DNA of 64,000 bases, taken from positions 310,001 through 374,000 of the forward strand of contig NIVC01000206.1 of assembly GCA_002269645.1 (NCBI GenBank), given 5' to 3'. Both the position numbers and the translations under genes were made by a program. The notes under the pieces were generated by a model. That model was not told the origin of the DNA, ran no database searches, and saw nothing but the letters and a program-made list of their open reading frames with translations. This document shows, one piece after another, positions 54,711 to 64,000 of this stretch (position 1 is the first letter of the stretch; every line of letters starts with the position of its first letter). Origin of the DNA: Macrostomum lignano. Lineage: Eukaryota.

Positions 54711-55959
54711 CCCCAAGAGCCACAGCATTTCAGAGATTCCCCCGTGAGCCTTAACGTCTTGGCAATTTTCCTAAACTAAATTCACAGGATCTCACCTTCT
54801 AGACAATTTCCAATTCCCGAGGGCAGCTTATCCGAGTTGATTTACAAGCCGAGTTATGTATAATTTTGAGGTTTTACCATAGACAAAACTTGCTTAGAAA
54901 CGTAAGGAAATGCGACCAGATAAAATACACTAATGGTATGGGTACTGTTCAATACCTTTGCAACAGGCATTGTAAAAAATTGAATAAAAAACCGAACTAG
55001 GCACTATAAGTAGTATTTATCTAGTAAAGAAGTTGTGTTCAAATAGAACTACGAACTTCAATGCTGAAAACAACGACAAGTTATCCGAGGGCAATAGATA
55101 AAACGGTTTATTATCGAATACAACAGACTATAATTACAACAGCAATTAAGGTGTAACATTATTTTGCTTCGTTTGTTAATCTGCTAAAATCATAGTGACA
55201 TAAGACGATAAAACCTACTTATAGCAAAAGTACTTATAGGAAATATACTTCGATTTATCACAAAACTCAAAAACGCATTTGAAAAATTATAAGCTTCAAT
55301 TTTTTTCTCTTGCAAAATGCATTTAAATAAAGTATTAAAAATGTATAAAAAAAACTAATCACAAAACTGGTAGATCTGCTAATTAAAGGACTAGATTACA
55401 TTTTTAGCTAAGCACAACGACGAGCTAACGGACATAACCCCTGTTGGGAGAGAATTTGCATTGAAAATATTGGATTTTATGAATAATTGTTTATATATCA
55501 GCAGCAGATAATTCACAGTTAAAAGTTATAAAAATAAGCTGCGGAAAGTTTCGCTAAACTCTACTCATGCAGGCCAAACATAAGTAGTCAGTTGCACTGC
55601 GGGCTGCTAGTAAATAATTTTATAGGAGTAAATATGGAAGGATACTGCAAGCATAAAATCTACATTTCATTTTTTGGCTTTGCACAAAAATGATATTGAT
55701 GCTGCACTAACTACTGTTAGTACTGTACTGTGGAAGTAATAGGATGGGAAAATATAGTAAGACTACAAGGTTTGCAAAAAAATAAAGGACTGAGTTTATT
55801 ATTTTACGGAAAACATCAAGAAGAGTAATAAAGTAACTCTGATCTATACAATATGTGCGGATATAGCTAAATCAAAACTTCATCAAATCTAATGAATAAA
55901 ACAACAAAAAACGTTTTTTTATGTGCCGTGTGCTGTGTTGCTCAGCGGGTGCACCATTA

Positions 55960-57695
55960 GGTAGAACGCGGATCTCCATTAGGTAGACAGCGAATCCCCA
56001 TTATGTAGATAGCGGATCCGTATTAGGTAGACAGCGGATCACTATTACGTAGATAACGGATCCCCATTAGGTAGACAGCGAATCCCTATTATGTAGACAG
56101 CGGATCCCCATTATGTAGATAGCGGATCCCCATTAGGTAGAACGCGGATCCCCATTAGGTAGACAGCGGATCCCCATTATGTAGATAGCGGATCCCCATT
56201 AGGTAGAACGCGGATCCCCATTAGGTAGACAGCGAATTCCCATTATGTAGATAGCGGATCCCCATTAGGTAGAACGCAGATCCCCATTAGGTAGACAGCG
56301 GATCACTATTAGATAGACAGCGGATCTCTATTAGCTAGACAGCGGATCCCCATTATGTAGACAGCGGATCCCCATTATGTAGACAGCGGATCCCCATTAT
56401 GTAGATAGCGGATCCCCATTAGGTAGAACGCGGATCCCCATTAGGTAGACAGCAGATCCCCGTTAGTTAGATAGCGGATTCCTATTAGTAGACAGCGAAT
56501 ACCCATTAGGTAGACAGTGGCGATGCCCATTAGATAGATAGCAAATCCCTATTAGGTAGACAGCGGATCTCCATTAGCTAGACAGCGGATCCCTATTAGG
56601 TTGATAGCGGATCCCTATTAGGTTGATAGCGGATCCCCATTAGGTAGACAACGGATCCCTATTAGCTAGACAGCAAATCCCTATTAGGTAGACAGCGGAT
56701 CCCCATTAGGTAGACAGCGGATCCCCAATAGGTAGACAGCGGATCCATATTAGGTTGATAGCGGATCCCCATTAGGTAGACAGCGGATCCATATTAGGTT
56801 GATAGCGGATCCCCATTAGGTAGACAACGGATCCCTATTAGCTAGACAGCAAATCCCTATTAGGTAGACAGCGGATCCCCATTAGGTAGACAGCGGATCC
56901 CCAATAGGTAGACAGCGGATCCATATTAGGTTGATAGCGGATCCCCATTAGGTAGACAGCGGATCCATATTAGGTTGATAGCGGATCCCCATTAGGTAGA
57001 CAGCGGATCCCAATAGGTAGACAGCGGATTCATATTAGGTTGATAGCGGATCCCCATTAGGTAGACAGCGGATACCTATTAGGTTGATAGCGGATCCCCA
57101 TTAGATAGACAGCGGATCCCCATTAGGTAGACAGCGGATCCATATTAGGTTGATAGCGGATCCCCATTAGGTAGACAGCGGATCCCAATAGGTAGACAGC
57201 GGATTCATATTAGGTTGATAGCGGATCCCCATTAGGTAGACAGCGGATCCCTATTAGGTTGATAGCGGATCCCCATTAGATAGACAGCGGATCCCCATTA
57301 GGTAGACAGCGGACCCCCATTTGGTAGACAGCGGATCACTATTAGATAGACAGCGGATCTCTATTAGCTAGACAACGGATCCCCATTAGGTAGACAGCAG
57401 ATCCCCGTTAGTTAGATAGCGGATTCCTATTAGTAGACAGCGAATACCCATTAGGTAGACAGTGGCGATGCCCATTAGATAGATAGCAAATCCCTATTAG
57501 GTAGACAACGGATCCCTATTAGGTAGACAGCGGATCCCTATTAGGTAGACAGCGGATCCCCATTAGGTAGACAGCGGATCCCCATTAGGTAGACAGCGGA
57601 TCCCCATTAGGTAGACAGCGGACCCCCATTAGGTAGACAGCGGATCCCCATTAGGTAGACAGCGGATCCCCATTAGGTAGGCAGCGTATCCCCAA
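55960..57695. repeat. 22-bp minisatellite (cggatccccattaggtagacag)
   Basis: Long array abutting the GABA-B receptor stop codon. Confidence 0.97.
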
Positions 57696-57705
57696 AGTTC
57701 GCAGT

Positions 57706-60700
57706 TCACAGGTAGGTCTCAGTAGACAGCAGGTCGGTAGAAGCAACGGGACAATTCCTCTGCTGCTGCTGCTGAGAGTGCAGCATCCGACTTGATGAGG
57801 CTACCACATCCGAGCAAGAGTAGAATCCGCTGGTAGCTTCGGCAACTTCGATGCCCAAACCGCCGCCACCGCGATGGCCTGCAGCCCCGCGACCCACGGC
57901 GCCGCCTCCGCCACTTTCGCTGCGAACTCTACCGCCAGCTCCGCCGTCGCCTCCGCCGCTAGCGCCGCAATTATCCATCCAATCAGCCAGCTGTTTGTGC
58001 AGGCTGCGCAATCTTACTTCGCAATTGCTAATCTGGCCTCTTAATTTGTCGTTCTCTTCTAGCATCTGTGTGTAGCGCTCCTCCTCCTCTTTAGACACCT
58101 GCTAGTATTAAGATTAATTTTTTGAAAAATGTCGGTAAAATTCACTACTTGTCTAATGAATAGTAGAGTAGATGCAGAAATTATATTTGTAAGACAACAT
58201 TCGCTACTTGGCTACTTATAAGTAGCGTATTTAGCGCATCAACAATCAAAACCCATAAATTTCACGGAAACGAAATTTCGTAAATTTTTCTCGTAAATAT
58301 ATTTAGGTAGGCAATATTTGCTACTTAGCTACTTTAAGTAGAATAGTTAGCATACAGACAAATGGTTGTAAAAGCCATTTGGAAAACCGGTAATAAGCAA
58401 GCGAGGCCCACACGGAAACGACTCACTGTTCCTCCGCCTGCTGCGTCCGGTCCGCTGCTGGTCCCGCCGTTGCTCTTGGATTCGCTCGACTGCGACTTCA
58501 CCACCTCGGCCACTTTGGGTAGAAACAGCAAGCCGAGGCTTAGCACGCAGCACAGCCAGGCGGCTATGCTGACGAAAGCAAAGATAGCGGTCTCCTGGGC
58601 GCTGATGATCAGAGTGACCGGGGCTGTGATGACGCACAGCACTACGGTGTTGTATACAGCCATGCCTGCGAAACGGCTGTCCCACACCTGCAGTTGATAG
58701 CGATAACCCTCATTGTTGGTTAATCTATATTACAGATGGATTAGATAGGCAGAGGGCGTATGAGGGGAGGGGCGGGCGGGTAGAGGAAGGGTGGATAGGT
58801 AAAGGGGCGGATATGTAGAGGAGCGGTAGATAGCGGATAGGTAGAGGGTGGATAGAGTGGCAGATGGGTAGAGGAGCGCAGAATGAGGAGCAGATAGAGG
58901 GGTAGATGGGTAGAGGGGCGGATAGAGGAGCGGATAGAAAAGCGGATAGAGGAGCGGATAGAAGAGCGGATAGAAAAGCGGATAGAGGAGCGGATAGAGG
59001 AGCGGATAGAAAAGCGGATAAAAAGTGGATAGAGGAGCGCATAGAAAAGCGGATAGAGGAGCGGATAGAGGAGCGGATAGAGGAGCGGATAGAGCAGCGG
59101 ATAGAATAGCAGATAGAGAAGCGGATAGGTAGAGGAGGGGACCGAGGGGCGGACAGAGCAGCGGACAGAGGAGCGGACAAAGGAGTGGACAGAGCAGCGG
59201 ACAGAGCAGCGGACAGAGGGGCGGACAGGCTGAGAAAACAAGTCGCACAGCAGTCCTGGAGCGCCCACCTGTTTCAGCTTGACATTCCGGGTCTCGTACG
59301 CCAGCAGCAGGCCAAACAGCAGCAGCAGTCCCTTCCAGCCGAGTAGCACGCCGAGCCAGACCGCCCCATTCTTAGATTCACAGCTGTTGCTATAGGGCTC
59401 GTATTCAACATCGTCATCCGAGCGTTCAATACGGAACAGTTCCCGTTTCATGCTCAGCGGATCGTTCACCTGCCAGGCGGTTAGGAAGGCGGCATCCAAC
59501 AGGAACAGCACAGCAACGAAGGCGTAGGGCTCGAGTTGGGTGGCGCCTCGGCGGCCGGTTGCCAGGCGGTAGACGCTCCAGGTTTTGGCGAACAAAGAGC
59601 CGTAGCCGCCGGTGAAGCCAAGCGATAGAAGCCAGGCCTGAAGTGTGCGTGATTTAATTAAATGTCGTATTCGCTTATATTGCTACTGATGAAAGAGTAG
59701 CTTAAGTAGTATGAAGCGCGCTTTTTATATAAACACCGTTATCCTATTTAAAGCTATTGATGTAAACATTCTAAAATCGATAGCAGCTCTTCTAAATAAA
59801 TACATCTAAGGACAAATCATGAACATAGTATTTAGAAACACTCACACAGCATCTAGAGACACTGACACAGCATCTAAACACACTGACGCAGCATCTAGAG
59901 ACACTGACGCAGCATCTAAAGACACTGACACAGCATCTAAACACACTGACGCAGCATCTAAAGACACTGATGCAGCATCTAAACACACTGACGCAGCATC
60001 TAGAGACACTGACACAGCATCTAAACACACTGACGCAGCATCTAAAGACACTGACACAGCATCTAGAGACACTGACACAGCATCTAAAGACACTGACACA
60101 GCATCTAAAGACACTGACGCAGCATCTAAAGACACTGACACAGCTAGCCTATAGTTAAAAATATTCCTAGCAAGCCTTCAACTACTAACGCAAGTAGTGC
60201 AACAAGGTCACTACTAACAAACCTTAGCATGGCACAGGACCCGAAAAGACCCCGACGACAGGTTCACGAAGCCGCCGCTGAACCGATCGACCCCGTAGAC
60301 GATGACTGCCAGCAGGCTCAGCGAGCAACCCGCCAGCATGACTGCGTGCAGCACCGGCTGGCTGCAGGCCACCACCCGGTGACGCCGGTAGCGCCATAGG
60401 AAAACCGCGCAACCAGCGCAAGCCAGCAGACCCAGACAGGCTAGCAGTGACATAATCCAATACAGAACGGCGTTGACCGGGCGGAATAGCGGCTGGATTA
60501 GCGGCTCGGAGCGGGGTCGAACTCCGCCAGGCCAAACTGGTTCCCGTTGGAGTTCGAGTTTATCCTCCTGCACCTGGTAGCGTCCGATGGTTCTGTACCG
60601 GCCGTTGACTAGCTGCTCAATCTGTGTCCAAGCGATCCGATTGCCAAGGGAGTCGAAGAAGACTCTGGAGCTGACCCCGTCAAAGTTTGTGGCGTTCATT

Positions 60701-63144
60701 GCTCGGTAGAGTTCAAAGAATACAGGATTGTCCGGCTGTTGATGCGTAAAATTCAACAGTCGAAGGCCGCGACTTTTTAGTCTGGAAAAATAAAATACGG
60801 CTATCAAATTCACTACTTGCCTACTGATAAGTAGAAGAGTTGAATTGTTAAAAATTAAATTATCATTAAAACTTTACGACGTAATTTAAATTATGCCATA
60901 AATATTCTTTGCTTGGCTACTTATAAGTAGCGCAGTTTGAGTATTCAATCATTTTTTTACAAAAAAATAACCTTGCTTCAGCCGAGTGCATAGCCAAAGC
61001 CAGGGCCCAGACAGCGTCGTAGGCGAACGGCGACTCCGGGAAGCCGAGAATGCTGCCAATATCGCTGCGATTCTTGCCGAGCCGTTCCAGTACACGATTT
61101 TGAAACTGCCGAGCCGTCTAAAAGTTCGGTTAGTTGTAAATAACCATTACTTATGCGAAAAGTCGGACTCGTCCGTAAGAGATGTAATGCGAGTATGCGA
61201 GAAGAACCTAGCGCATGACTACGGCCAGAGGACTGAAGAGGAGAGGGAAAAGAGAAGAGAGAAGGTAGATAGAAGAAAGGAGAGGCGAGGGAATAAAGCA
61301 CAAGAGGGGAGACGAGAGGAGAGGGGAGAGAAGAGAAGAGAAGAGAGGAAAGAGGAGAGAGGAGAGAAGAGGAAGGGAGAAAAGAGAGAGGAGAAAGGAG
61401 AGGAGGAGAGAGAAGAGAGATAAGACAAGAGGAGATAAATGAGAAGAGAGAGGACATTAGAGAAGAGAGCTGAGAAGAGAGACAAACTTTGAGCAGGCTG
61501 GATTGCTATTGTGAAGTTTCAAAGGACCCGATACAGTAGGCCCGCAGACTTACAATTCCAGAATAGGTTGGCTGGTCAAGCTCATTCCAAGTCATACTCT
61601 CCGTGGTCAAGTGCAAATCAGCGGCCATAGACATTTCGTCTGGGGTGCAGTTGACTCGCTCCGCAGCCGGCCATTTCAAATACCAGTCGTCCGAGTACCA
61701 ACCAATTAGAAGCCATTGATAGCGGGGGCCGAACAGACCCTATGGGTAGAGTTTTATTAGTACATTAAATATAATTTCATGGGTTGGTGTTTTACACAAT
61801 AAACAAACGTACAGTTGAGTTTTTTCTATTTTACCTGTTTATAAGCCTGACAGAATATCTGGCGGGCCAGTGGATCGTAGAACAGGCCGATTATTATTCT
61901 GCAGTTGGTGGCCAATATGATTTAGTTAATTATCTGCCCGTTGAAGAAGTCCAGGCAGCGATACGAGCTGTACAGGGTTGTATAAGCACAGATTAGGGAA
62001 TGGTTTAAAGGGCTGTTTAAGCACAGATTACGAAATGGTTTAAAGGGCTGTTTACACTCAGATTAGGGAATGGTTTAAAGGGCTGTTTAAGCACAGATTA
62101 GGGAATGGTTTAAAGGGCTGTTTAAGCACAGATTAGGGAATGGTTTAAAGGGCTGTTTAAGCACAGATTAGGGAATGGTTTAAAGGGCTGTTTAAGCACA
62201 GATTAGGGAATGGTTTAAAGGGCTGTTTAAGCACAGATTAGGGAATGGTTTAAAGGGCTGTTTACACTCAGATTAGGGAATGGTTTAAAGGGCTGTTTAC
62301 ACTCAGATTAGGGAATGGTTTAAAGGGCTGTTTAAGCACAGATTAGGGAATGGTTTAAAGGATTGTTTAAGCACAGATTAGGGAATAGTTTAAAGGGCTG
62401 TTTAAGCACAGATTAGGGAATGGTTTAAAAGGCTGTTTAAGCACACAGCGAATTCACTAATTCTAACCTAGCCTCCTTGCTCTTCAGCTGTTTAACAGCC
62501 TGTCCAGCATCGAACACAATCTCGGTCATAACGCTACAATTATTCCGTCTCAACAGCTGCTCCAAATCTTTAGCAGTCGAAGCGAAGACTTCCTCATTGG
62601 AGCGCAGCACAAACACTCGAGTCCAGTTGTATCTCTGCAGCAGTTTCAATCGAGTCGGGTTGTTCAACGCAGCGCTGGGGTGGGTACGAAAGAATGTTGG
62701 AAATCTGCTGCGATCGGAGAGCGCTGGCGAGCTGCTGCCGTAGGACAGCACAACCAAATTCCACATGTGAGCAGCCTGGGCTACGTAGGTAGACACAGTT
62801 GAGCAGCCGGTGAGCAGGGTTACTACTCGGCTATTGTTGCTAGGGTGGTACAGCAGTTCGTACATCTTTCTGGCACCCAAGCCCGGATCGCATTGGCTGT
62901 CCTGGGGGTGCAGGACCAGGCGATAGTCTGGCAGGATGTCCGGGTGGTCGTTCACACTCTGCAGGGCCATCTCCACAGCTGGCCAGCAGGCGATACCGCC
63001 AGCCCAGTCGCCAGACATTGGGAACAGGGCGCCGATATGTAGAAGGTCCAACGATTTTTCTCTCTGATTAGATGCCAGACAAAGACTAGCAGTGGACAAG
63101 ATCAGCGACCAAGTAAGACTCACTATACAACTGGATTGCCGCAT
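57706..63144 (-). CDS. GABBR1: GABA-B receptor subunit 1-like class C GPCR; exons 63144-62468, 61898-61835, 61739-61554, 61117-60972, 60781-60223, 59637-59269, 58687-58427, 58098-57706 (884 aa)
   Basis: Signal peptide; venus-flytrap motifs GCSTVST, SYGSSSPALS.R.RFPTFFRTHPS, IIIGLFY, IGWY, AYDAVWALALA; 7TM motifs GYGSLFAKTW, LAYETR, GMAVYN...ITAPVT; C-terminal coiled coil. All seven GT-AG junctions are phase-consistent. Confidence 0.92.
58740..59225. repeat. 12-bp minisatellite (gatagaggagcg) in GABA-B intron 6
   Basis: Tandem units. Confidence 0.92.
59835..60150. repeat. 21-bp minisatellite (gcatctaaagacactgacaca) in GABA-B intron 5
   Basis: Tandem units. Confidence 0.95.
61985..62445. repeat. 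35-bp minisatellite (agcacagattagggaatggtttaaagggctgttta) in GABA-B intron 1
   Basis: Tandem units. Confidence 0.96.
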
Positions 63145-64000
63145 GGCAGATTTTTTGTTTTACTGTTTACTTTTTGGAATTTTGTAGATGGCTGCAATTA
63201 ATTGATACAATTAATATAGGAATCTATCTCTTTTTATAGTTCGATAGAGTATCATAGTAATAAAATATTCATTATTAAAATTTAAACTCAGGTGCAAATC
63301 CAGAAAATTTTAATGGGGGGCATAGATTACTTAAGGTTACATGTACAATATATATGTATATGTACAGTATATGTACATGATAATGTGTATTTTCCATATA
63401 AAAACATAAAAATTAAAAGTCAATGGGGGGGCGCATACCCTGTGCATCACCCCTCCCTAAATCTGCTACTGATTTAAGTTAAAAGAAATTCAAAATATGC
63501 CAAAAATCAGCTTTAAACTTAATGACATTACAAATAGAAGAAAAGTCAATTAGCAAAAAAACAATATAAATACCACTGAATATATAAAATTGATATATAG
63601 GATGGTTAAATTTAATAGGTTAACATACGATTGATCTATTTTTTAATTTAGCATGAAAAGCTATGATAATTACAATAGCAAAACTAATGAATCTTTATTA
63701 GACTTCATTACAGGTACACTAATTTTAATTTTAAATTTTTTTGAAGCTAAACATTGCACCAAACTAATGAATTTCTATGAATTTGTTTCTGTCTAGATTC
63801 TATAGAAAATATAATAAATTAGTCATAATTTAGTATTAAAACCCTCATTGTAATTTAGGAAAGCTTTTTATGGATTTAATTTACAATTAAGGGAAAAATA
63901 AGATAGACTGCTAGATTACCTATCATAAACTCAGAAAGAAATTCTAAAGTGATACTTTACAGAATGTGCAATCTTTTGAAACTTTTTGGTCCTTGCTTTT

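Overview
Animal genomic DNA; by inference a flatworm such as Macrostomum, based on compact intron-poor genes, a different minisatellite in most introns, and first coding exons that start at a splice acceptor without their own ATG. Genes reconstructed from splice sites: RPL18 (-, 2 exons); a co-oriented + strand run of an LRR protein, TIM9, two short TM-type/TRZ1-like tRNase Z paralogues flanking RCE1, CCS (3 exons) with an ADAT3 ORF nested on the same strand in its second intron, and a DEG/ENaC channel; then a convergent GABA-B1-like receptor (-, 8 exons). The most unusual object is a 6.4-kb hAT transposon (15237-21665; 14-bp TIRs, perfect 8-bp TSD). Upstream of its ZNF862/Tip100-like transposase, and possibly fused to it, it encodes a signal peptide plus a lamin-tail-like secreted domain. 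Two MITE families sharing its termini occur in the window, and one copy has inserted into the transposase itself. Also present are a Tc1/IS630-type relic with a nested foldback element, Charlie-like GA-rich elements, tRNA-derived CORE-like SINEs and many tandem arrays. All family assignments come from motif recognition by eye; no searches were run.
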